From contig CAJNYD010000449.1 of the NCBI GenBank assembly GCA_905331295.1, forward strand, positions 124,001 through 188,000: DNA of 64,000 nucleotides. The letters run 5' to 3'. The translations under genes were made by a program, and so were the position numbers. The notes beneath the pieces are model-generated. The model saw only the letters and a program-made list of their open reading frames with translations, ran no database searches and was not told where the DNA came from. Source of the stretch: Rotaria socialis (lineage: Eukaryota). This document shows positions 27,437-39,400 of this stretch, piece after piece. How positions within the stretch are numbered: the stretch's first letter is position 1; the number at the start of each line of letters is the position of its first letter.

Positions 27437-30400
27437 TCACGATAATGAAATGCTGAAAATACGAACAGTTCCATCATTAGAACAACCAGCTAGTTGATAG
27501 GATGATGACGATGATGATGATGGCCGAAAACATAATTGATTCACAGTTAAATGAAAGCCAAGTCTTGAATAGATAAAACAAAATATTCAAATGTAGTTAA
27601 TTTTCTATCAAGTGATAGATTTTTTTTTCTTTGAATTATTGCTATGTTAATCAATAACGACAAGTTAGAAGCGACTTTCTAAAGAACAATTAAATCCCAA
27701 TAGATGTTTTTATGACCTTTTTAATTCTTAGAAAAAACGATCTGATTTATTTGAAGTAACATTCATTTATATGTTCCGTCAATACAACCAAAATGTTTCA
27801 TGAAAAACTTTTTGTTCAAAAACACTAATAGCATTCTTTTTATTTATTTTTGTCAGGAAACAAGCATAGTAGACCGATTTTTCTTCGTCGAATAATTGAA
27901 AATTCCCGAGAGAAAAGGTCAGTCTTTGAAAAAGTGAACGAATCGACAATAAATTTGAGAGCGTTTTTTTTTTATCTAGCTGCAGATTTTTTTTAAGTCT
28001 AAGAATAACATTTATCTTTAGTATAATAACTTGTATCTTTGATAGGTTCCAAAGATTTCTTTGTTTCTCATGTATATTTTGTCACAGCAAAGAAATTATC
28101 TCAACAACATAAAACTGCGTAAATATTTTGTTTTGACTGACTTCACATAAAATGATAACAAATAATTTGTTTTCTGAAAATAAAAATCACAGAACAAGCC
28201 TGATATATTTTTAAGTCTATCAGGCATAATTCTAACAAGCAATTTCAATGAGAGCAATAAACAAAGCTATATGATTCCTTATAATAAATAATGATAAACT
28301 ATTTTTATGTTGTTTTTTTCCCCATCCACTATGATAGCCTCAAATAAATAACTGTTCAACTTTTCTTATTATAATAACTAACTAAAATCGATTGAATAAT
28401 AATATATCGATAAATTAAATGAAACTTAAAAAGCTATGTTTTTAACTAATTTTCATTAAACATAATTCTAATTTTGATTTATTTAATGCTTAATTTTTTC
28501 TTACGGTGGTGCAATTGATGTTATTTGTTGCCAAGATATTTGTTCATTCCAAGTATAGAGAAAAATAGATCCATTATCAAGTCCTGCTACAACAATATAC
28601 CTAAATTTTGAAAATTTTGAAAATCACGAAATGACTCAAAACTATTTGTCAAACTTGTCATTCTGTATTAAGTGAGATCCAAATGTAACAGCTGTAACCG
28701 AATCATTTAGTTTTAAATAGTTTTTTTCACAAGGTTGCTCATTATCATTATCACTTTTTTCTTTGACATGCCATACATGGATTTGTTGATCGCGTGCACC
28801 CGTTATAAAATATTTATCATTGTGCGAGAAACTGCAGGTCCAAATTATACGTTTATGATATGGATTATTACTTGATATTCGTTTATGTAAACGAGCTTGA
28901 AAGTCTAACTCGTAGAAGGTAAAATAAAATACAAGAAAAACTAGAAGCAAAACCTACCTGATTCATCTACGTCAAATAATGACCAAGATCGGTCACGTGA
29001 TACCGATAATAAATATCGACCATCATTCGAAAAAACCATTCGAACAACTGTTAATTGATGTACAACAAGACGAACAACAGGTTTCCAAGTATTTGTATTC
29101 CATAATATGATAGCTGCATCGTTTTGTTGAGTTGCCTAAAAGAAACACAAATTAAATCGACATATTCAAATTATCAGAAGTAGAATTCGTTATTTCTTTT
29201 GTTTGTTTTTGTGTACTCAAAAAATGAGTACACTACTAAAATCGGTCAGTGTGTCCGGCCGGCCGGCTGTCCGTTTATTCGATAACTCTTCACAATTACA
29301 TTTGATTGAACTGAAATTTTGTGCACAGAATTGTCTCATCAATATCTAGGTCGAGTTCGAAGATGAGAAGGATGCGTCGAGAAATGGCAGGAGTTATCGA
29401 AAAAATTGTATTTTTTTATCAGACCATCCCTGAGGGGGAGTACAGGGATTTTTCAAAAAAAACTTTTTTTCTCAGAATTATTCAAAACATATATAAATCG
29501 ACGCAGTTTTTAACGATAATTGTGAATCTGATATTAGTTTTGAACTAAATCGTAGCTTTCTAACGAAACATCGCCTGGGAAACGTCTCAAAATGCACAAA
29601 AACTGCATCCAGAAATCAAATTGCCTAGTTTCTCATGATAATTTTCATATTCAGACATTCTAGAATGGCTCATATGTCCCATGAACTTTTTGCAGTACAC
29701 ATAACTCTCGGATGAAATCCGAAGTTTCCACATTTTTTTTTTTATTAAAAATGATATCTCAAATTTTTTGACAATTAACTAAAAGATATGTAAGTTTCGT
29801 GCCATCTAAGAATCGGCTTAGGTCGACGACAACGAGCAACCGACGCATGATTCAATTATCTTTTTTCATTCATTTCTATTAAAATTTATCATAGAATCTT
29901 TTTTAAATAATCAAATTAAATCAAAACTTAATTCAAAATTTTCAGAAGAAAATTGAAAAAAAACAATTTCAAGATATCTTTTAATTAATCAAGTGCATGC
30001 ATTCATCTGTTTGTTAATATGGGATTTGATAACTCATACCGTTAGAGATATTCGTTTTTGTTCTACTATACTTTTATTATTATTTGTACGCATCAAGAGC
30101 GACAAAATTTTAGTGATCTTCTTTATTTTACATAAAAACTCAATTCAGTAGCATAATGAAATATGGAACTTTTTTTATTTAGTTACAGATGCATTCTTCG
30201 ATGTTTTATTCAGATTATGAGACTAAATCATCTTTTGCAATAAAACGAATCAGAGAAGTTATTTTGATGATCAACATGAAAACTGCAATGGTCAATCTAA
30301 ATCAAATTAATCTTAGATGGAAAAGAGTACTGTTAGCTCCGTAAAAAGGCATAGCGTTCATCATTTCATCGATACTTCCTATGAGTTCAGTAGTAATTTT

Positions 30401-33400
30401 CCTACATATTTTTTCATCATCTCCAGTTAAATCTAATTTCACATCGTATTATTGTGTTTCTTCGTTGTATTTAGTTGAATCCTTCTCTTATCATTTCTTT
30501 CAACCTCTTGATCTATGAATGGAATTCACAATTTGTAAATGATATATTATACAGTAATACATCATTGAAATTGAAGTTTCGTTGCTTGACAAGACACCTA
30601 GTTATATCGATAGAAACTGGTATTCTCTTTCGATTTCCAATGAAAAGCATAACTAATCTCTGATTTGTTTTCAAAATCATAGTCAGAGTAAATGAACAAT
30701 AGCTATCTACACCTAAATTCAACTATTTTTAGCTTTCTTGAATACAGTTACCTGTATAACAAAAGAATTGTCAAATTATTTAAAAAAAATAAAAATAAAA
30801 GGCTCTCTTCATAACCTCTCCATATCTCAGTAAATAACTTACTTTACACGATGAAGCAACGATTGACCCGGACGGATTTGATGCTACAGCAATGATTTCA
30901 TAACCATGTCCATAAAGCTTTTGGATTTCAGGCCAAAGTGTATTTTGTAAAAGATGTTCTTCAAGTGGTGGCTCTTCAATAAAACGAATATTCTAGTTTT
31001 TAATGAAATGTTTTCCTTTTTCTTGTCACTCACCACTCAAAATAGTTGCTTTAAAAAATCCTTCCTTATATAATGCATCAACAGTCATTGGATTTTCTTC
31101 GTTGGCTATTGTTGTTGTTTGATTTTCATCACTATCAAATATTGCTTTATTTGATAAACCTAATGCTGGTATATTAGCACCTTCAGGTAAAGATTGTGCT
31201 CTCTATGTAATGATCAAAACATATATTCATTCAAAACAAAGAGATAAGTAGATATTCTTACGGCAATATCTTCATCAACATTAATTTTTGTTATGCGAGA
31301 AAAATTTTCAAGAAAATTTTTTGGTGCATCAAATACACGCAAAATTTTTTCATCAGCACCGGATACAAAACGTTGTTGATTTGAACCAATAAATGCTAAA
31401 CATTTCATCTCATAGCCATGAATTTGTGGTCGACCAATTTCATGCCATGAAATGATCTAAAAACAAAACTTTTCACATAAAAATAGAGAAGAAGAAAAAA
31501 CGTCATTTACTTCATCTCGTTTCCACTCAGCATGTAGACGTGTTGTTTGATCTGTTGATACACTTAGTAAGTAGCGACCGCTGTGTTTATCCCAACAACA
31601 ATCTTCAACTGTATTAAAATGTCCACTATTAATTACTTGTGGAACTAAATTAATTCTATCATCAATCTACACGACCAAAAGAAAAAAACAACATCCTAGT
31701 ACACACAAGAAACTAAGCATTGCTTTACTTCTTCAATTTTCCATAAATGTAAAGCACCTTCATAACCATGACCAAGTATATATGAACCACATGGACTAAA
31801 TGTACAGCCATAAAAGCCAAGTGTATTACCTCCTACTTCACCAACACGAGCCTAGTAGAATTAGTATAAAAGGAAAGAGGAGTTCTCTGTTGCTGGTAGA
31901 GAAAAAAGAAGCTATAATTTTACCTTATCGATATACATTTTTTGATTATCATCAAAAGTCCATAAAACCATTGATTTATCCATTGATGCTGATAAGATTG
32001 TTGTTGCTGCTTTTTTCAAATCTGCAATATTACGACAAAATGTTCTAATGAATTTTTAGTTAAAGCAATCTACCTGTGTTGGGATACCAACAAAGACCAT
32101 AAATAGCTTCTTCATGTCCTAGTAAAATTGAATAAAGTTCAACATTAATATTAATTGAAGATTCATCTACATATTATAAATAAAAGAAAAAATAATTATT
32201 TATTAATCGATTTTTATGAAATCATTTTCTTATACCAGAATTTTTTAGAGCGAATGAACTTCGTTTTAACTTTAATATTGTCTCATCAACATTTGTTTGA
32301 TTATTATTTTCATCAAATGACAATTGCCAAATACGAATATAATTATCTTGAGAACAAGTTGCAACAAACCATTGTAACGGTGCTGAAAATAATTTCATCA
32401 CAAAAGATAGTAGATAATAAAAAGAAACAGAAATTTTTTGATTACTTAATTTTTGAATTGCTATTGAACGTATCCAGTCTTCATGTCCACTTAATACAAA
32501 AACTTGTTCAATCTGTATCGATAAATGAAATAAATAAAGTTTAAAGAGTATTTTCGTAAAATGTATTTCAACTCACTAACCACGCTGTTTGATACTTGAT
32601 ATATATTAACTGTATTTTTATCGGTTGCAACAAACAATAAGGATACTGAAATAAAATAAATGTTTCTGATTAACTTTTTTGTTTTATAGAAAAAAAAGGA
32701 AAGTAAATTCACCATTTTTATGATTATCTAATGGAACGAATTCCAGTGTAATAGCAAAACCATTTTGAAGATCAAGTGTATGAATTAAAGTAGCTAGAAG
32801 AAACAACCAAAAAATATAGTTTTCAATTTCATATATATTTTCATACCTATTGTATCAACAATACACCAAACTTTTACTGTGGAATCTGCAGAACCACTAG
32901 CTACATAGATATTATCATTAGAAGATTGCTGATATCCAATAAGAGTTGTCACACTATTCTGATGTCCAACAAGTGAAATACATATTCTATACTATTGTAG
33001 AAAAACAAAATTACGAGTTCTTTTATTTTCCATACAGATAACAAACTATCAAACGTACATCGTCGTCTATTCCTTTCCATAAGCAGATTGTTTTATCAAC
33101 AGATGCACTGAGAAAATAATAAAAATCACTAATGGAATCTAAACAACAAGAAATAATTGTGTTCTAAAAAATTAGTTATTAATTTTCATATGAAAGAAAC
33201 AAACTTCGTTGCTCTTGTCGAATCCATTTCACACAATTTACTCGTGCTTGATGACCAGAAAATGTTTTACGTATTGAAAATGGTGCAGTCTATGGCGAGA
33301 AAAAAGATATTATTTTTCAAAATAAGATTACAATTATATATTTCTATCATACATCCGAACACAGAGCTACACTATTTGTTACAGCATAAATAAGTCGTGG

Positions 33401-33493
33401 TCCATTCTGCCAATCTAGTGAATGTGGACAACAGTTACATGCTGCACTGATATAATCAATGTCGATTTTGATATTAGTAGAAATATTAGCCAT
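27437..33493 (-). CDS. ELP2: Elongator complex protein 2 (WD40 double propeller), multi-exon
   Basis: [72 protein letters not shown] and [14 protein letters not shown] at 33493, TGA ends at 27437. Confidence 0.95.
29206..29743 (+). mobile_element. Non-autonomous Helentron-associated element (HINE/DINE-1-like) in an ELP2 intron
   Basis: 5' hairpin gtgtactca-aaaaa-tgagtacac (29211-29233); gtccggccggccggctgtccgt microsatellite-like tract; 3' subterminal inverted copy agtacaca (29694-29701); 3' stem-loop tcggat-gaa-atccga (29708-29722); T-runs on both flanks. Confidence 0.75.
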
Positions 33494-34864
33494 AGATATC
33501 TACAACAAAGTTGACTAGCATATATATAACAAAATATGAGCAATTTATGTCAATAATTTGATGTCTATTTGGTTGATCTACAAGTTTATACGAATGACTC
33601 ATCCATCATTTCTTAGACGAATCCATTAATACTTTTCTTAAGAGCATTTTTTTCAGTATAGGGTCAATCAAAAAAATTATTTCGTAGAAAAATCGGCTAT
33701 ATTTCAAAACAGGGTTTTATTATATTTTAGTTTTGACCATTTCTAGTTTCCATTATAGTTTGTTGGTGGCATAAGTAGTGTCATCTATACAAGACATGTT
33801 CAAATCTGAAAATAAGATTTTATCATTATAGCCTATTTTAAAATGAAATGAAATACGAGGCTTGAGAAATCGATAACTATAATCTTAATTGAAAAAGATA
33901 TGCATATAATAATGAAAAAGGAATAAGAAGACAAAATAAAGTGGAAATAAGTAAACTATCAATACTGCGTGCCATTATTTCACAAGTAAAGTTGTTGAAA
34001 TGATAGAAGTTGGTGAGATTGACTACACAGATCTTTCTTTTATGAGATCGAATAAAAAATAATCAGAAAATGAATTAAAATCGGTTATTCAAGGCAAATA
34101 TCTATCAATTTGTTCCTGTGCGCTGCACGATGTTTTAATCAAGTTTTGTCAATCATAGGAACGATCATGTAGGAAATAAATCAATGCATATCGGAGATTC
34201 AAATAAGTAGGTCATTGAATTTATTTGTCATGATTTAAAGTCAAAAACTTCCGAACAATAGCCTATGAGAATATTGTTCATCACTGATATATTTATCTAG
34301 ATAGATTGTCGTTTTTAAAAATAAGTTAAACAAAGATTTTGATTAAAACCGATTATTATTGAATCGAAAATTTATGATGACTAGAAATAATCTAAAAGCT
34401 AAATATTTTATTGATGTTTCTAATTAATAGCAATTAGAATGATTTAGAAATAAGATATTTTTTATAATCGAGATTAATAATAATCATGGATCGGGTTTGA
34501 TTTTCTTTGTGATCGGTTTCTAGTCGATTACATAGCTGTAATTTTTAAGCGTCCTGTTTTATAGATTGTGACTTCATTTTTGTCTCATTTTTTTCAACTG
34601 AATGCTTGCTATTGTTTTACATAGATGGTTTATTGATTCTATGATTTACACTGTTTCTGAAACTATGCCAATCTTATGTAGCCATCAATAGACTTTTTAA
34701 GATAATGAATGAATTGTGATATAGCTTGATCAGTGTTTCGGCTGTCTTGTTTAAGAAAAAGAGTTCAAATAGAAACAAAAAAGAAATGAATGCAATGTGA
34801 TTGTTATAATCAATTTGACATTTCACAAGCTAAATAATTTAGTCTTATATTAGTGTATTGTGAT

Positions 34865-35899
34865 TCAATAAATTGGTGGTACAGTTTGTGTTTCTATCCA
34901 AGCTCGTTGAGATGTTGGCATTTGCCATTGTTCAACCTATTCAAATTATATAAACAATATGAATTAATATGGATTATTCACTTGAACTTACTTGACACCA
35001 TTTTTTCCATTGATTTAATCGAATTAATAATTCGTTAGCATGTTGGACTTCTTGTCCAATATCAGTAAACATAAGTAGAATAGTGGTTGGTATTTGTGAT
35101 TGTTGCCTACATAGAAAATAAACTGGGAAAAATCTTTTAATTGAGTAGAATTTCAATCTACGTCGTATAAAATAATCGATTAGCAATGCCACCACCAGCA
35201 ATATAGTATCGATCACGATCTCTTACAATTTTATGATGATGTTTATCTTGACGTTCTTCTAGTACAATCCAATTCAGGTTATTTGAATCAAGTGTTGTTG
35301 ATAGATATCGAAATTGTTCTCTAACAAATATAACTTTTGTTTTTCGTCTAGCATTGTGAAAAAACATTCATACCCTGTTAATTGAACATCATTGCGTTCG
35401 ACTGCATTAAATGCAGTTAAAACAATTATTTCTTTTAATTGTTCATTTTTAAAAAATGTCAAAAGTTCATCAACAAATTCTTGTCGTTTACCCGATACAA
35501 TATTACCACGTTGTTGAATAACAAGTATTTTTAAACTTGGTTCTTCATAAACTACCATTGATTTTGAAAAAAAGTATTTAGTTTTTAGTATTTTACATCA
35601 CAAAATTTTCATATTACCTTCAATACCAAATGCCAAATTTTCTCTATTCGTATTTTCGTATGGATCATAAGCAATCACCGGTTCTACACATGTCCAATTA
35701 AGTATACGCACACTTTTCATATTTAAAGTATTAATTAAAGTATCTACCGCCAACTGTCCAACATGGCAATGACAAATAGATGGCTAAAAGATAAATCATA
35801 ATTTCAAAAAACAAAAGTTGATAAGGTAACCAAAAATCATCCTATTCTTACTAGAACTAATGTATATCCATTCCAATTTAGTTTTTCTGTTCCAGTCAT
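34865..35899 (-). CDS. PSMG2: Proteasome assembly chaperone 2 (PAC2), ~6 exons
   Basis: GYTLVL|PSICHCHVGQLAVDTLINTLNM, PVIAYDPY, IE|VYE...LVIQQRG and YIAGGGIA resemble the PAC2 family. Confidence 0.88.
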
Positions 35900-36181
35900 T
35901 TTTAAGTCTGAAAAGCAGATGCAGTTGAATAATTTTTAAAAAAAGCATAAAATTTGTTGAAAATTTTATTTTAAAGAAAATAAAAAATAGACCATAAATT
36001 GGTTCATACTCGTAGAACTATGTTATATGATTGCAAGCGTATCGTTTAAGGAAATACTGAATATCTTAAATAGGGAACACTAAATAATGATAATAATAAT
36101 ACAAGCAATAACTATCAAACAGTATATTCGTATGATAGATCACAAGAAATAAAAACAATATCTATCTGAGGAATGGACATT

Positions 36182-36431
36182 TTAGTCTATTTTGGGTTTT
36201 GTAAATTGTATAAGCGTTTCTGGTGAACGAAACAAGAAAATAATTTTAGCGAAAATTTGTTCTTCAATACGTAAAATATTATGTTCTCGAACCAAATAAA
36301 TATCACGTAAAAGATGCCAAAAGCGATCAACATTTGGTAATTCGTTAAACATAATTGTTTGGCTTGTTTGCAAGATTGTACGTAACAATCGTGCAACAAC
36401 AATCACAAATGTTGTATAGAGACCAATAATC
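36182..36431 (-). CDS. PIEZO: Piezo distal terminal exon (T2): inner helix plus CTD, closer to canonical
   Basis: Phase-2 acceptor aaatag|G at 36431; encodes (G)IIGLYTTFVIVVARLLRTILQTSQTIMFNELPNVDR...IFLFRSPETLIQFTKPKID*. Confidence 0.93.
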
Positions 36432-39400
36432 CTATTTAAAAATAGAAGAATTATTCGGATTAGCACAAGAAATTTATTATTACATCAATCTTAGTAAAGT
36501 TACGGAATAAATGAAAATGTTTACAGCTCGAAAAACATAACGAAAAACAATAGATCACTGATATCTGAACAGAAAAAAAACAAAAAAAAATGACTACTGC
36601 GTATTTGTTGTCTCTCGTGTCCAATAGAGTAACACTTGCGGATTACGATAAATATAAATTAAACGATCAAAAAAGTCAGCTTCAATTTCATGTTCCCGAA
36701 CAGTTCGTAATAAATAAATATCGGTTAAAAAATACCACAGTGCATCAACTTGTGGTAATTCATCAAACATAATTGTCTTCGTTGTACCAAATAATTGACC
36801 ACGAAGAAAAGATGCAAACACAGAAACAATTGAAATGTAGATACCAACAATACTACAGAGGATTTACATGTGAGAATCTTTTCAAATATTTCAAAAGGGT
36901 TAACAATTAGAACAACAAAGTTGTCCAACTAGTAAGAAGAAGAAGAAGAAGAACAAACTACTATAGATATTATACTAAAGAGAAAAATCAGCAAAGAAGT
37001 CCTTCATATCAAAAAAAAAGAAAACAAAAAAAAAACAATTAATAGAGCATGCGGTGAACATGAATGTGTTAGTTCCATATCGAGCAAAGCTATCAAAAAC
37101 AACAACAGTAACTATTGAAAAACTTACCCATAACGAGTTAGAAATGAAATATTAGCTGGTGAAATTTTATCATTAAAAAAAATCATGGTCATATAATTTC
37201 GACTGGGAAGCAGTGAACCTTTGAAAAAATGTTAAATAAATGAAATAGTTCCTTAATACAAATTTTTGAATGAGTCTTTAATATTTTATTTCTAATTGCT
37301 GATAGATTTTATCTTTCTACATGAAAATTTTACAAACAACTATCATAATTCTGTTCTGATTTTTTTTCTAGCGAACGCAATTGTCGTGAAACTCCCTGAA
37401 TTTCTATATATATATATTACCTGTTGATCCAGTTGATAGAAAAAAAAGATCCATCTAACAGACTCTTTAAGCTAGTAGGACCTCAGGAAAGCATTGTATT
37501 TTTTAAAAGTTAATGGTAAATTATCAATTAGTAAAAACTATTTTCATTTTCAACGTACATGATGCATTAAATCCATTTGCCCTTCGATTTTCAGACATTT
37601 CCCACCAAGCGCTTGTACTATTCGGTATTGATCTTGTCTGATAAACGCTCATAGTTATATTAGCATAATAGTCCCATAGAAAAACTAGATCAAATCAAAT
37701 ATCAATACAGAAAACATAATTTCTTTATGAATGAAAATACTTTTTTCAAATGCTTTAATGGAATCTGGTTTTGCTTTTGGTTTCACATGTAAAAATCGTG
37801 GCATTAACTGTACAATTGTAAATTCTCTGGACAAGAAAAAATACAAATATTGATCAAACTGCAAAGAAACTAAACCATGAAGTAAAACAAAAGTTTACCT
37901 TGTTCGTGTATCAAGAGTTCCATTAAGTATGTCAATCAATGCGTTTCGAGTTTGTCGATCATCTATTGCAATATTAGTTGTTTTTTCACCTGACACAACT
38001 GCAGCAATATCTTCTGAATCATCTTGATTTGGTGGATTACGTGTTATTGTGTATGAAAATCGTACAGGCACTGGTGTAGAATTTGATTTTAAACTATTTA
38101 TGACAATATCTCGTATTGGCTGACTTATTTCCCATAGATCGACACTTGTTGAAAATAAATTTACACAATGAATATCATTCGAATTGTAATCACGTAGAAA
38201 TGCATAAGCTGTGTCCTAAATACATTTAAAAAGCAAAATTTCTAAAAATTTTAAATGTCAAAGACGGTTTACTTCAATAGCTGGTGCAATCTTTGGTAAG
38301 TAAAGTGCCGCACGAAAGCTGTTATAATCAGCATTTGTAAATGAAGTTATGTCCCTATCTTGTGCCGTCATTTTATAAATTGGCTGTAAAGAACAAGAAC
38401 TTAAAATGACAAAAACCAAAATACTTGTAATGTTTTTTCTTACCAAATAACCACCTAATTTTATTTCAACACTAACTTCTGTTGGTGGATTGGGTTCATA
38501 AAATGATGAAGTAAATGAAAAAAACAATAATGGAAACCATATCAATAGAATTAATAAAGCTAACAATGAACCACCGATTCCATATTTTGATACTTTTGTC
38601 CGAGGTACACCACGCTTGGTTGGATATTTCTTGCAAAAAGGAAAAAAAAAGGAAAAAAATTTTATTCAATATTTTCTCATCTAGTTTTACTTCTTCTGCC
38701 CATCTTCCACACTTAAGTAAGTAAACATTTGAATAAATATCTTCTAATTGTAACCAACTTGTTAAGTCAAGTGCTGTATCCGTAAATATCCAATCCATAA
38801 TTGTACGTAATTCAAGTAAAAACGGTATAAATAAGTAACTGAAAACATTCTTATTATGAATATTTTAGCAAAAAATTTATAGAATAAAATTCTTACATTC
38901 GATAGAGTACTTGATTTACATAATTAAAACGTTTCATAAGAAAATTTCCTGCAATACGCTTTGGATAACCTAGTCGTACCTGTACTGATGAATAACCGAA
39001 ATAAACACATTTGAATAGATACCAAAATTGTGCCGCTACGTTTTCACGAAATTTTCTTTAAAAAAATTGTTTTCAACAATGAAAAAAAAAACAATTTGGA
39101 TTATTTCATACATTCGAGTTATTCCAGGTAAAACCAAAAATAACCAAACATGTACGGCTATGACTTGAAATAGTTGAAAGAACAATTTGCCGCGTACATT
39201 TCGACGTAAATAAAGTGCACGATCAATTATAATTAATACAAATTGAATTAATAATATAACAAGGAAAGCCACAGGAACCTTAAATATATTTACTCATGAA
39301 AAAACAAACGATTCACTAAACAAAGGGTTTTTACTTTATTTTCTTTTATTGTTTGTACTACATTTCCACCACTTTGTTCCTAGGAATAAAAAAAAATTAA

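Noticed and set aside
29321..29548. 75-aa ORF inside the HINE-like element
   Set aside because: It has no Rep, helicase or transposase motif; the element appears non-coding.
30300..30760. Coding-like minus-strand fragments in the long ELP2 intron
   Set aside because: There are multiple stops and no recognisable family, and ELP2 splices in frame without them.
36594..36852. T1 as the remnant of a second, tandem Piezo gene or a haplotype-assembly duplicate
   Set aside because: Only the last exon is duplicated, it sits between two parts of the same gene, and it is far too diverged from T2 to be an allele.
37421..37454. Possible 34-nt alternative exon before the last shared Piezo exon
   Set aside because: It does not preserve frame as an add-on and has no similarity to the conserved FNDKISP exon it would replace.
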